Origin: Octopus bimaculoides
Taxonomy: Eukaryota
Direction: 5' to 3'
Assembly: GCF_001194135.2 (NCBI RefSeq)
Contig: NC_068985.1
Coordinates: forward strand, 123,678,645-123,723,744
Length of the DNA stretch: 45,100 nucleotides
Made by a program: the position numbers and the translations under genes. Of the stretch, positions 22,005 through 34,184 are shown piece by piece (positions within the stretch are counted from its first letter, which is position 1; every line of letters begins with the position of its first letter). The notes beneath the pieces are model-generated. The model did no database searches. It was not told the origin of the DNA and was given only the letters and a program-made list of their open reading frames with translations.

Positions 22005-23640
22005 CTTTTCAAATGACATTATTCGGTGTAAAAATCATTAGGGAAAGTGGGGTTTTGCCGACATTCAAAGTGCCAAGACAAATTTATCAAAGAAGTAGCT
22101 CTCTTAAGCTTTTGCAGAATAAAGGTTCAGAATTTTCACAGATATATTTTGTAGGTGACATTCAAAAAGAAGTACAATGTAATGACAAAAGCTACTTGAA
22201 TACAAGATTAGAATTTATTTTAAAACTGAAAGAAATGCGAACTTTCAAGTTGTCATCGATACTGACAAAAGGCTGTCGATTTAATGTTCCCGAGTGTATT
22301 GAGTTGTATTTGTTAAAGTTGGAAAAGAATATAACAAACGAGGTATTGTTTCGAAGTAGTATCAAGTTTATAAATGAAATTCATCGTTTATACGATGCTT
22401 TACAATATGCCTTGCTTTTTATTAACGGAGGAGTTGGATGCCACCTCGGTATACCACAAATCGGTGGAATCATTTCCAAAGAACCTGCACCCTGTATGAA
22501 TCATTATGTTTATCAATAGATGATTCGAAGTATTTTTTTGAATCATCTTCATTACTACCAAGATTTATTTAAAAATAATACGTTGTAGATATGTATATCA
22601 AAATACAGTCGGTGTGGTTATGCAACATAAAAAAGCATAAAAAAGAGCTACGCTGAGAATCATACATCCATTTGCGAGAAGGTATTAACTGTTATGTTTC
22701 TAGACCAGAGATTCGAAACTGTAGTCTTCCATTCAGTTTTACAGGAAGCCTAAGACATATTGCATGAGAAGACGCAGGATTCCATGACAATTAAATATTC
22801 TCCAGAACATTTAATCACCGACAGACATAAACTTGTTGCTATAATCTTCCATCTCAGTCTCCACATTGATGGACCTTATAATTAAATTTTGATCAGTACG
22901 TTGTTACAGGTACACAACTGAATGGTAATAAAGAAGTCTGCCTCACGCACATATATTTAGTTGGTTTTTGCAAAATCTCACACTAATGCGACTTCAGAAA
23001 TACTGCACTCCGCAAAAGACCAAAAACTTTATGAAATAGTAAAATCGAACATGGTTCATAGTTCATGCAGTTACCTCAACCCAACTGCACCTTGCATGAA
23101 CGACAAAATAGTGTATGAAACATCTCAAGAATTTTATTATAGAACTACAGCATGTGATGAAGGACATTCTTCATAGTAACAAAAGGCGCTAAAAATTGGG
23201 GTCTTGAAACAAAAATTAATAACGTAATTGGTAATCAATGGATAGACTAAAACAGTCTAAGTCCATTAAATATAGCGTACTGTAATTCCATAAAGTTAAT
23301 CAAGCTCTTTTGTAAATAAATTAAGAAAGATTCCGATCCTGCAGTGTTTACTCTCAAACAACAGATATTTCAGATACTTCAAGATGAGATGTTATATTTG
23401 TCGTAATGAAGCGCTTTGTTTACCCATTCATGAGCGATATCCTTCTATACAATTGGTTGTTCATTTAGAGAATGGACAAAGAAATAATTTTACGTACAAC
23501 AGAAACTATTGCTCAGCATCACTAATTCTAAGAGAAACTACATTAACAACGATGTTCAGACCTTGCCAGATAGTCTTTTTCGCTAAAACCCTGTTGAGTT
23601 ATCAATTACCGTCTTATAATACATAAACCAATAAACAGAA
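22005..23640 (+). mobile_element. Decayed Helitron Rep/helicase (Rep domain) pseudogene
   Basis: MTLFGVKIIRESGVLPTFKV..QIY, SQIYFVG, HRLYDALQYALLF, VDMYIKIQ, LYEIVKSNMVHSSCSYLNPTAPCM, PIHERYPS..VVHLENGQR and TTLT..FAKTLLSYQLP appear in canonical Helitron order, with stops and deletions. Confidence 0.9.
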
Positions 23641-24156
23641 AAACAGGCGCTGCAATTGATAATTATCCTGTTACAGTTTCTATTGTGCAACCAAGTTAGA
23701 ATGCTTTTACTTAATGCTGTTTCTTCTTGAAATCCGTGACCCCAGATCCTTTCTTGACCTTCGAACCGTTGATATTTCTATAAGAACCTTTGCTTCTTAT
23801 AGAGGTGCATCGTTTAGATTTAGATTGCTACAGGCTGAAAGTCACTGGATAGCAGACAAAAAGTTTCTGTGTCATGTACAGAAAGGAGCTTGAGAACACT
23901 GTTATTCTGTTTAAAAACAGTGATTTGGGGGTCCAAAATCAATATGGTTAAGATACTAAAATGATCTTGCTGCAAAATGCAGATGCCAGATTTTGATGCA
24001 GTAAAATAAAATACAGTGATGAAATCTACAGTACAACATTAATTTCTCTTGAAGACAAAGTTGTTTCCATGAGGACGGCGCTTTGGGAAAGTATTCTACA
24101 CCACACCAAATCACAGCCTGCCGTAGAAATGAAATCATACCAATAGTGGTGCACCG

Positions 24157-24175
24157 TCATGGCCAAATTCTCTTG
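24157..24175 (-). other. Strong splice acceptor; possible downstream/terminal exon start of the TM gene
   Basis: CTTTCATTTTATTTGTTTTAG|C at 24175. Joined to the phase-2 donor at 29068 it reads SKRIWP-stop. Non-repetitive sequence continues to about 23700. Confidence 0.25.
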
Positions 24176-25234
24176 CTAAAACAAATAAAATGAAAGTGTA
24201 CACACGCGCGCGCACACACAGACAGAGATATATTTATTATAAATTATCAGTTTGTTCCAATATGAGAAATACATCAGTTATATTTTTATTTTGTCGAGTA
24301 GTATATATATACCTCCAGCATAAAACAAATTACGCTTTTCCATCCAGCTTTTCTGAAGGGTTGGCAATATTTCCGCGAAAACAAAGATAAAATAACTAGT
24401 AATATGCAACCGATGATATAAATATACACACACATCTATAAACGTTTATATATATATATATATATATATNNNNNNNNNNNNNNNNNNNNNNNNNNNNNNN
24501 NNNNNNNNNNNNNNNNNNNNNNNNNNNNNNNNNNNNNNNNNNNNNNNNNNNNNNNNNNNNNNNNNNNNNNNNNNNNNNNNNNNNNNNNNNNNNNNNNNNN
24601 NNNNNNNNNNNNNNNNNNNNNNNNNNNNNNNNNNNNNNNNNNNNNNNNNNNNNNNNNNNNNNNNNNNNNNNNNNNNNNNNNNNNNNNNNNNNNNNNNNNN
24701 NNNNNNNNNNNNNNNNNNNNNNNNNNNNNNNNNNNNNNNNNNNNNNNNNNNNNNNNNNNNNNNNNNNNNNNNNNNNNNNNNNNNNNNNNNNNNNNNNNNN
24801 NNNNNNNNNNNNNNNNNNNNNNNNNNNNNNNNNNNNNNNNNNNNNNNNNNNNNNNNNNNNNNNNNNNNNNNNNNNNNNNNNNNNNNNNNNNNNNNNNNNN
24901 NNNNNNNNNNNNNNNNNNNNNNNNNNNNNNNNNNNNNNNNNNNNNNNNNNNNNNNNNNNNNNNNNNNNNNNNNNNNNNNNNNNNNNNNNNNNNNNNNNNN
25001 NNNNNNNNNNNNNNNNNNNNNNNNNNNNNNNNNNNNNNNNNNNNNNNNNNNNNNNNNNNNNNNNNNNNNNNNNNNNNNNNNNNNNNNNNNNNNNNNNNNN
25101 NNNNNNNNNNNNNNNNNNNNNNNNNNNNNNNNNNNNNNNNNNNNNNNNNNNNNNNNNNNNNNNNNNNNNNNNNNNNNNNNNNNNNNNNNNNNNNNNNNNN
25201 NNNNNNNATATATATATATATATATACAAAATTT

Positions 25235-25305
25235 CAAATTTTGGTACAAGACAAGCAATTTCGGGGAGGGGTAAGTCGATTACATCGAGCCCAGTGTTCA
25301 ACTCA
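25235..25305 (-). mobile_element. Dominant-family SINE tail fragment next to a gap
   Basis: TTTGGTACAAGACAAGCAATTTCGGGGAGGGGTAAGTCGATTACATCGA. Confidence 0.7.
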
Positions 25306-25329
25306 TACTCATGTTTTTTAAAACTCCGA

Positions 25330-27235
25330 AAAATACTCCGAAAAATACAACAAATTTATTTGGAACAGACTGGATGAAACTATTTAAATTATGGGACCTC
25401 ACCATAAATATTTTTTGTAAAAATGTGAATGGTTCTTCCGCCAATACAGATAAGGCGTCGGAACATTAAAAAAAATAATTAAAAAAAATTTTTCCTGAAG
25501 TTTTTTCTGATGAGTTGGGTCTTTGCACCAAAACAAAGCCGAATGTTCAAGTGAAAGAAAGCGGTTTTAAAACAAACACGAACGATACCTTTCGCAGCGT
25601 TGAAGCGAGTTAAAGAAGTGGATATACTTGAAAAGCTTGGCGTTATTCAAAAAATTGATTACACAAAATGGGCGTCCCCAACAGTTTATGTCAAGGAAAA
25701 AATAATAAAATCCAAGTATGCGCTGATTTTTCAACAGGATTAAACGAATGTTTGATGCCATATAATTACCCTTTACCAAGTTCAGGGGAAATTTTCGCGA
25801 AATTGAATTGAGAAAATTTTTTCGAAGTTGGACCTATCTGAAGCATGTATATCCCCACAAATACAGCCAATAGATTGCAGCGCTGGGGAACGATCTTACT
25901 GAATTACGACTTCAAAATGGAGTATTTGCCATCGAAAACATTATGACATGCAGATGGTTTGTCAAGTTAATACCAAAATACAGTGAACCACTAGAAGACA
26001 CAATGATAGCGGCGTTAAAAGCCGAAAATGAAAAAAAAAAAATATATCGTGCAATGTTGTGCGCGAATTGCCTGTGACATTGGAGGAAATAAAAATTAAG
26101 GTAGAGATCAGAAGAAACAAATAAAAAAATACGTGTGGCTGGACATAATACAGTTTCGAATTTGTATTTGATATGTGATAATGTGCTTATGTATGCACAG
26201 AGGCTCGTTATGCCTACCTCACTTTAAGGTTGAATGTTAGAGGAATTCCACACTGGTCATTCAGGGATTTCTAGGATGAAGTCGTTTATGAGGATTTATG
26301 CTTACTGGCCAAAAATGGATTTAGATATTGAGAAGCTGGTAAAATCTTGCAGAGGTTGTACTCTTGCAGTGAAATCACCACTTATAAAATTTCAACCTTG
26401 GTCCAAGACCGATATTTCATGGTCCAGACAACACAGATTTCGTAGGGCCGTTAAACCAATCATATTATCATATTATCTAATAGTGGTAGATAGCTTATCA
26501 AAATGGCCAGGAATATGTAAATGTAGAAAACCGACATCCACGGTAACTGTGATATTTCTACACGAACTTTTTGCTACGTATGGTGTCTCGGATACCATAG
26601 GCTTACGGCGAATGAATTTAAGAATTTGTGCAACATGTACTCAATGGAATATATCATTACACCTCCGTATCAGCTAAGATAAAACGGGCAAGCGGAAAGA
26701 TTCGTGGATACATTTAAAAGAGCATTAAAGAAATCGAGAAACGAGCTAGTCAATGACGCAGCGTTGACAATTCTTGAGGGTTTATAGGATAGCACCAAAC
26801 GCAAACACTTTTTCAGTTAAGTCGCTTGCGGAAATAATTGCTCGAAAAATAAAGTCAATTTTCGACAAGCTGCTACCAGTAAGAAAAACAAATAGATAAA
26901 ACACTAAATATACGACAATGCATTTTAATATCTGTGTCAAAGTGTTTTTCAAAATATATAAAAATGGAAGACAAGGTTAGGAAGACGGAGTAGTAACAAA
27001 AAGAATACGTAAAATGACATATATGATAAGAGGCGAAAAATGGGAACGGAAAAGACATTTAAACCAGCTAAAAAATAGATATACGGAAAAAAGAAAAGAG
27101 ATACCCATGAAAGTGTTCTATGACACCTTTGATGTTCCAACGCCACTAGAAATCGAACCTAGGCGTAGTAACACAAGAAAGAGGAAACAAATAGAACGGT
27201 TGGAAGTAGTGCCGAAAGAGAAGAAATTTTAAACT
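25330..27235 (+). mobile_element. Decayed Ty3/Gypsy pol remnant (RT start, RNase H end, integrase)
   Basis: KWASPTVYVK...VCADFSTGLN...YPLP...SKLDLSEA; RLQRWGTILLNYDFKMEY...HADGLS; HTGHSGISRMKS..WPKMDLDIEKLVKSCRGC; VDSLSKWP; NGQAERFVDTFKRAL. Most of RT is deleted. Confidence 0.92.
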
Positions 27236-27254
27236 TTCCTAGGAGGAAAATATC

Positions 27255-27440
27255 AAAAAGGGAGATGTAATGAGAGAAGAATAAATAAAAATAATATTAA
27301 CTTCCAACGGAAGTCAATCTCAAAGGGGGAAATGTTCTGGCGAGAATCATTGACACCCCTGAGGAATTGGAAGAATGGACTAGCTGAACTCTTACAAAGA
27401 TTAGCGTATTGGTTGAGACAGAGGTCGGTAGTAATTGTTG
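27255..27440 (+). mobile_element. Polypurine tract and probable start of the 3' LTR
   Basis: AAAAAGGGAGA (27255-27265) is immediately followed by TGTAATG, just after the integrase stop. The LTR end is not recognisable. Confidence 0.5.
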
Positions 27441-27640
27441 AGAGGGCGTTTTGGAGTCTTGCGAAAGTTTTATATCCTTCCATGGGTATATCTTTTCTTT
27501 TTTAGGTATATTTAATTTTTTTACCTGGTTTAAATGCCTTTTCTGTTCCCATTTTTCGCCTCTTGTCATATGTCATTTTGCCTATTCTTTTTGCTTCTAC
27601 CCTGTCTTCCCAATCTTGTGATTTTACCTCCGCATCGTTA
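27440..27640 (-). mobile_element. Second Gypsy integrase C-terminal fragment in inverted orientation
   Basis: Minus strand MTRGEKWEQKRHLNQ vs plus strand MIRGEKWERKRHLNQL at 27014-27070. The copy is diverged, not identical. Confidence 0.8.
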
Positions 27641-27819
27641 AATGATATATCCAACGGTTGTCTAGGATATAAAACTATTTATGTCATTTATGTCACTATA
27701 GCTACACAGTGGTGCTACTTTGCAGGTTTAGTCGATCAAATCGCTATTGAAGTACATACACACACGCACATGTACACATAGACATGCACATGTATATATA
27801 TGCGCTCTATCGTGACCCA

Positions 27820-28380
27820 AACTGCCATTCCCCCTACTTCGGCCCTCCCTCCACCAATACCTGGGAATCCAGCAAAGAGTTTGACCAGAACATACACAGA
27901 CGCACTCACAGACACACACACACGCCCTACCTCAGGGGGCATCAACTCAATGACCCTTTGTGACCCTTTTCCAGAGCCACAAAATAATCTCCCACACATA
28001 GAGTAACCCTACACACACTGCATATTACATAAATGCTCCAAAGAATTTAACCAAAGAGCTTAACGAAAACATTAACAAAAACACACAGACGAACACAGAT
28101 GCTTATGTGGCCTTTGGGCACCCACCCAACAACTTGCTCTTACGAAAATGCTACACATATAATACTACTGCACAGGTTCCAGCTCTATAAGACCACCAAT
28201 TCTAAAACATGCATACATTTCCCTTACATACTTTTCCTCAAAACACTTGTCACCTTGCAACACCTCCAGATTCGGTGTTTTGGCACCAAAGAACATGATT
28301 CTTAACTTAACCATTGCTCGATTCATATCGTCATCTTTTTCACAGCAACCACAACAAAGATGTCTTTTCACCTCCAAAAA
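27820..28380 (-). mobile_element. Possible very old LINE 3' end (Tx1-like?)
   Basis: Minus-strand KDIFVVVAVKK...EVLQGDKCFEEKYV weakly parallels the 17384-17608 peptide and is followed by a G/T-rich UTR-like stretch. Confidence 0.25.
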
Positions 28381-29067
28381 TTGAGAGCAACTGCCATATT
28401 TGATTCCATAACTACTGAACAGCTCAGGATTACGTAATCAGGCTGTTATTTAACACTCCGTTGAAACCCTAGTGTGAAAATATTTGGTAATATCGGCCGT
28501 AATGGATATATAATACTGTACGCTTCGATTAATACGTAGAAAGTTGCAATTATTTAACTGCGGCAGTAATTGTTGCGATTTCATTTGTAAGCTGCACTGT
28601 AAGTATGTTCTCAATATGTGTTGTGTTTGATGCTTTATACTGCATGTAGAAGCAAGAAGATAATGATTGGAAGCATCACGCACGTAGAAAAGTAGATGGG
28701 AAGATTAAAAGCAATATGCAACAAAGTAGGAGAAAATGAAGAGAAGAACAGGCAGAAAATTATCAAATAAGGAGAGCCGTTTAAATAAGCAAAGTTTTAT
28801 TTGCACAAAAATATTAAAACAAACGAAAAAATAAGGATAATGCATTTTAAATTAAGCAGTCAATTTAATTAGAATTATAAGCAAAAAGTTAATAGAAAAT
28901 TAAAAAACGAACTGAACGTCGATAATGAATGATATCAACAAAAACAATTTAAAATTAATTGTGAAATAAAGGTAGTTATTTTTAATGAAGTAAAAATATC
29001 TTCATAATGATAATAATAATAAGAAAAAGAAGATTATTGTATGAAAGAATTTTCATTGTACTTTTAC

Positions 29068-29270
29068 CTTTTCTGATCCTCTGAGTAGTGCTTTTCTTCC
29101 GGCTGGAATCCAATCACACTGAGAGCTATACCCGGTATTAAGACTGAAAAACCGAGGAACACTAGAATAAGGAATCTTTTTGTTGAAAAGGCATTCGCTC
29201 TTGGTGGATAATGTCGTCTGTGTCGCTGGTGCCTACTTCGCAGCACAGTGGCGTGGATGCCTGGCCTCAT
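29068..29270 (-). CDS. First coding exon of a small membrane protein, TMEM200-like
   Basis: GCCATGA start; MRPGIHATVLRSRHQRHRRHYPPRANAFSTKR-FLILVFLGFSVLIPGIALSVIGF-QPEEKHYSEDQK; ends at the canonical donor AAG|GTAAAAG (phase 2). Its GC content is visibly above the flanks and it is non-repetitive. The family assignment rests on recalled similarity only. Confidence 0.7.
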
Positions 29271-30223
29271 GGCTACAGCAACGTTGGAGCAGTGTTTAAG
29301 AGCAGAGTAAAAAGGGGAAAATTTGTGTTACAATGATAGTTGACTTGACAGAAGAGTTTTGCTTAAAACGACATAGGTTACTACAATACCTATACTGGAA
29401 TGAACACTTTTATAAGAGACTTAGGAGTGAGATTGCCGTTAAGATAATCAGGAGTGAGATAAACAAGGGCGTGGAATAATTTTTGTTTCTGCACTTTTAA
29501 TTAGCATCAGTGATAGGAACTTCTTTAGTTTGACATTGTCCAACTTTTCTTAGATAATATTAATTCCAAGAATATATGGTCTTTCAGTTATTTACATATA
29601 GATATACACACACACATATATATATTAGTGTATATAAATTTATATACAAGTATATATACAAAAAAGCTTTCTTTTTTGTAATCCGTTTATAACCAATAAA
29701 TGGTTGCGCATATGATTAGGTTATAGATATTTCTTGACGAACTCATCAAGACAAGAAAATTCTTTTCTTTTTTTTTTTGACCTTTTGCAAATTTACAAAT
29801 TCGAATAGTTTCAGGTGTTTAATTCTTTAACATCCATTAATATTGTTCCACCTTCTGCTCTTTCCCAAATGGTTGATTCCTTTCCTCGCGTTGCCTTTTC
29901 GTCACAATGATATGATAATATTCCTCGTTAATATCTTTAGAACATTTCCCTGCATTTGATGTGTTGTTCAAATGTTTACAGGTCAGCTGTTTTTTAAAGG
30001 TTTGTGAATCCTGGTTTTCACGTCCTACAAAGAGATATGAGATAAAATAAGTCGTCCGGTTAGAACAAACAAACAAATGAATAAATAGATAACTAAATAA
30101 ACCAAACAAAATAGAAAAAACATACTAGGGTATGTTAAATTTTCATTAATATTGGTTTCCTCAAATATCTAAGGCTTCATAGGGAACAATGCAACAGTAG
30201 TAATTAAATAAAACAAATATACA

Positions 30224-30281
<58 letters not shown>

Positions 30282-30313
30282 ATATACATGTATATATATA
30301 TATACATATGTAT

Positions 30314-30344
<31 letters not shown>

Positions 30345-31463
30345 CAAACATACATATATATATACCATATAAAAGTAAATTATGGTTGCTTGATCATTAT
30401 CTAAATCTAAATCTTTAAATCTGGAATTCAAAAAATCAATAAATATTTTACAAAAAAAAGTTACAGAAAGAATTACAGAAATCAAGAATTTAATTAGTTT
30501 TCTAAGTAAATAAGTTTAAATAAATTTAATTTCTTCAAAATATTATCACAAGAATACAAAATAAAATAGATAGATAGATAGATAGGTGCTCGTATGCATG
30601 TATGTAAATACGTATGGGCATAGTGTTGGCTGAACGTTTAACATTTTTCTTCCCTATCACAATGTCACGAATTCGATCATATCGTGTTTCATTTTCGGTT
30701 GTAACCACTGATGGTGAAATGAAGTCGACAAACACAGTTGAAAGCCCGTAAGATGGCTTATAACAGTAAGTCACAAACGACGCTACGCAGAGTTTGCCTA
30801 AAGATTACAATATTGCAACAAATAGAAGACTCCTCCACTGGAAATATAATTTAATGAGTAAGCATATCGATCAACTGGGTTACTCTTCGTGGAAACTAAC
30901 GGGGGACCCATTTAATTTACTTTGTCACATACATGAATGGACGTACGTATACACATGCACATAAAAAAAGTTACAGATTACATTATCAAGGCCATTGATA
31001 ACCTGATTTTGTTCTTGTGGTAAAACACAGGAGATAGTTCTGTTGTCTTTGATAGGATACAGTATCGCAGGAGTATATTTCAAGGTTTAAATCTCTCTGT
31101 GATACTGTTTATACTATCAATAATGTTTCCTCCTTTTTCTCCCGTTTCCTCCAATGTTTTTTTCCTTTTCTTGTTGAGGAAAATTGAGAGTATATGGTTG
31201 GCTCACAGGAAAACAGAAATACCAACCTCAACATTGCATTTTATTTTGTAGACGATCGGAGAGTATGTGTCAAGCATACAAATGGTATGAAGGAGCGAGC
31301 ATTGACAAGGTTGTCAATGACATTTTGCTCGATACACAGGTGCTCATGAATGGATAAAGATATTATTCCATGATGGGGCTTATAACAAGGAACTCATAAC
31401 TGGAAAATGAAATCAGAATAACAAAATATTTTTCTCAGAACATTTTGCATTCAATAAATAAGT

Positions 31464-31526
31464 AGCCCGCCACTTAGTTTGCTGTACCAATACTTATACC
31501 GACATTTGGGCTTGCTGATTGGGCGC
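31464..31526. promoter_or_regulatory. Possible promoter elements (GC-box-like and CCAAT box)
   Basis: AGCCCGCCAC at about 31463-31473 and CTGATTGGGC (reverse CCAAT) at 31515-31524, in unique sequence upstream of the minus-strand exon. Motif match only. Confidence 0.25.
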
Positions 31527-32089
31527 TAGATGAGATCTAGGGTTTAAACGATAAAACCTGGAAATTCTAAATCCAAACCAGAAATTTTCAATTCAGCAGT
31601 TAAGAAGAACGCTTCTACTTATGATGGCAACAACATGCCATGGAGTTAACAACAATTCAAGCAGCAGAAGAATGTCGGATCTTTGATAATATCTAGTAAT
31701 TGATAAGTGTCGAAGTGATTCTATGGGTCAAATCTAAAAATCATAAGGCAAATAACTTCATGAGAGTTAGAAAGGCATTATCCCCTGTCTCGCGCGCAGG
31801 AATACACACCGATTCAATCTGTAGAAAGAATAATCCCAAGGGTAAACAGATAAGAGGTGACAATGATGTAGAGAGTATAATCATTCATAATACGAAAGGC
31901 TACTAGTTTAATGTTCCCCTCAACGCATTATTAAAATGCAAGCATAACAGATAACAGACCAAGCATTGTGGTATGGAATAGAAGAAACTGTGCCCAGCAG
32001 TCGATATCAATTTCCCAGGAGAGTTAACATAATAAAAATTAACAAAACAAAGCAAAAAAAAAAAAAAGAAATTTCCTAGCTCTTATTTT

Positions 32090-32150
32090 TTTTTACTCTT
32101 TTTTACTTGTCTTCAGTCATTTGACTGTGGCTATACTGGAGCACCGCTTA
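32090..32150 (-). mobile_element. Isolated 3' tail of CORE/OR-like SINE
   Basis: TTTTACTTGTCTTCAGTCATTTGACTGTGGCTATACTGGAGCACCGC. Confidence 0.75.
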
Positions 32151-32829
32151 GCTAAAGAAAAATATACAATTTCTTCAGTAGAACTGTGGCTTCAGATTTA
32201 AGCCTATAATTACTGAGGAACATGGATATGAATAACAGACTTCTGAGAAGCTGGGTTTCACAAAACCGGAAAGAACACGTTGTTAAGAAATTACAGCTTT
32301 AAGCCATTAAAAACACTGTGGAATATGCACAAAATTCCCGAAATTTAACATGCAGAAAGAGTATATACATATGTATAGACATGTAAACACCTATCTTTAC
32401 ACATATGCAATGGCGTCCATGTTTGCACGCATGTATACACATTCACACATACACGTGCGTGCGTGCATGCACAGCTGAATTAGAAAGCAACTCCTTCTTC
32501 AGTGAGAAATTTGAAAAATTTAATCAGAAGAACGTACACTTGACATTAGTGTGGACACTAAAGATGTCTACAGCTTATATATCAAGACTAAGAGGATACT
32601 AATACTGGTAACTTTTGCATCAGTAGTGACACTGACAGAATTTATATCTGACGGAGAGATGAAGTTCAAATGCCTTTTGAGTGCGGTACTATATCATCCC
32701 GACTACATCTACTGAACTGTAAAGGGGAAAATGTGTGCATCAAATGTGTACTGAAATGAGAAAAATAAATTCTTGGGAGTAGGTCAAATTCTATATACCT
32801 TTAAGTTAGATGAACTAAACTACTTGCCA

Positions 32830-33051
32830 GTTTAGTAGTGAGCAAACATAGGCATCCTCTCGACTCACCTATTTTTGATCTAGTAGAACTGTCAAGGTAT
32901 GACATCTTGAGGGAGAGAGAGCTGCGCCAGCTGTTGTCCAGTGTGAAATTATGTATCTTGCTCAAGAAAACCTTGTTCTGCTCGGTTCAAGAATCGAACC
33001 CATGATCTTTTGATTGCAGAATGAAACTTTAACTGTTTGACCATGGACGTT

Positions 33052-33054
<3 letters not shown>
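32830..33054 (-). mobile_element. Third tRNA-derived SINE family (CORE-like), 5' part
   Basis: Minus strand GAGAACGTCCATGGTCAAACAGTTAA (A box)...GGGTTCGATTC (B box)...CTTGAGCAAGATAC (CORE-like). Confidence 0.65.
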
Positions 33055-33093
<39 letters not shown>

Positions 33094-33130
33094 TGTGTGT
33101 GAGAACGTGCATGGTCAAATAGTTGTTTCG

Positions 33131-33362
33131 TGTATGCGAATAAAAATACAAGGGTTACGGAATGAAGTAGATAAGATCCGGGCTAGAGATGTTCCATAGC
33201 GAGCGGAACCTCAGAAGTGGTAAATATCCGAGCGAGGTGTATATCTTGGCCTGAAGAATAGTCTGCGGTATATAACTCACTTGCATATTTACCAGTTCTG
33301 AGGTTCCGGTCGCTATGAAACATATGTAGCCCGGATTTTATCTACTCAATTCCATAACTGTC

Positions 33363-33367
<5 letters not shown>
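33131..33367. mobile_element. Foldback MITE-like element, copy 2 (centrally deleted)
   Basis: Colinear with 4003-4340 at both ends. Inverted arms GATCCGGGCTA...CATAGCGAGCGGAACCTCAGAA / TTCTGAGGTTCCGGTCGCTATG...TAGCCCGGAT. Confidence 0.85.
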
Positions 33368-33416
<49 letters not shown>

Positions 33417-34151
33417 CAGCATATGGTAAGCAAACATTGAAAGAAATTTCAAATTGAGAAGTACACAAAACTTTAATCCCTTTGCAAATCCATTACGTTG
33501 TTGATGAACTATCGCTCATAACTTTGTTCGTGTTTATATTATTTTTTTAATAGTCCCAATATTTGTTTGCCTCAAAATAGTCTGGGATATAACTAACAGT
33601 ACATCGTATATTTTTATTTCACTCTTGGTCTCGGAAGAAAGTGGAAGACTCTTAAGTCTATGAATTTTTTTCTCATTAACTATTGTTTCAATAGATATTC
33701 ATATTTTAGCGAAAGTTTTATGAAATCATATCGTAAAATAATAAAAATATGAAAACAAAAAATGTTTGATTCTTTGTGTTATAACAAAAGTTCTAAGTAT
33801 TTCTAAAGTAAATATAAATAGTCCCGAACACAGACAATTCGATGGCAGAGTGCCACAAGTAATAAGGTTAGTTTGCAAACAACATATTAAGACTTCAGGG
33901 GAAAAAATAAATACGATTGATTCAATTGGTGTAATTTCAAGAATAGTTTCTTCATTTCATCTTCAGAGACATCTCAAATTACATTTTAAAAATAGTATCA
34001 AACTGTAAAGGGATTCCTTTTCAGATATGAAAGGATATGAAGTAACTCTTGGGAAATAGGATGAAAATTGAATTCTAATTCCATATTTCAAAAATGTGAA
34101 AAATTCCTTTGAATAGAGCTAATATATTTTTTCATCTACCCCCTCTTTCTA

Positions 34152-34184
<33 letters not shown>

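Noticed and set aside
23956-24157. Read-through or selenocysteine at the TGA linking SKRIWP to the following ORF (RCTTIGMISFLRQAVIWCGVEYFP)
   Set aside because: No SECIS identified and the downstream peptide is not a convincing TM, so there is no support.
30535-30800. Minus-strand ORF TYCYKPSYGLSTVFVDF...
   Set aside because: No good donor, it runs into a microsatellite and no family is recognised. The region is kept only as part of the island finding.
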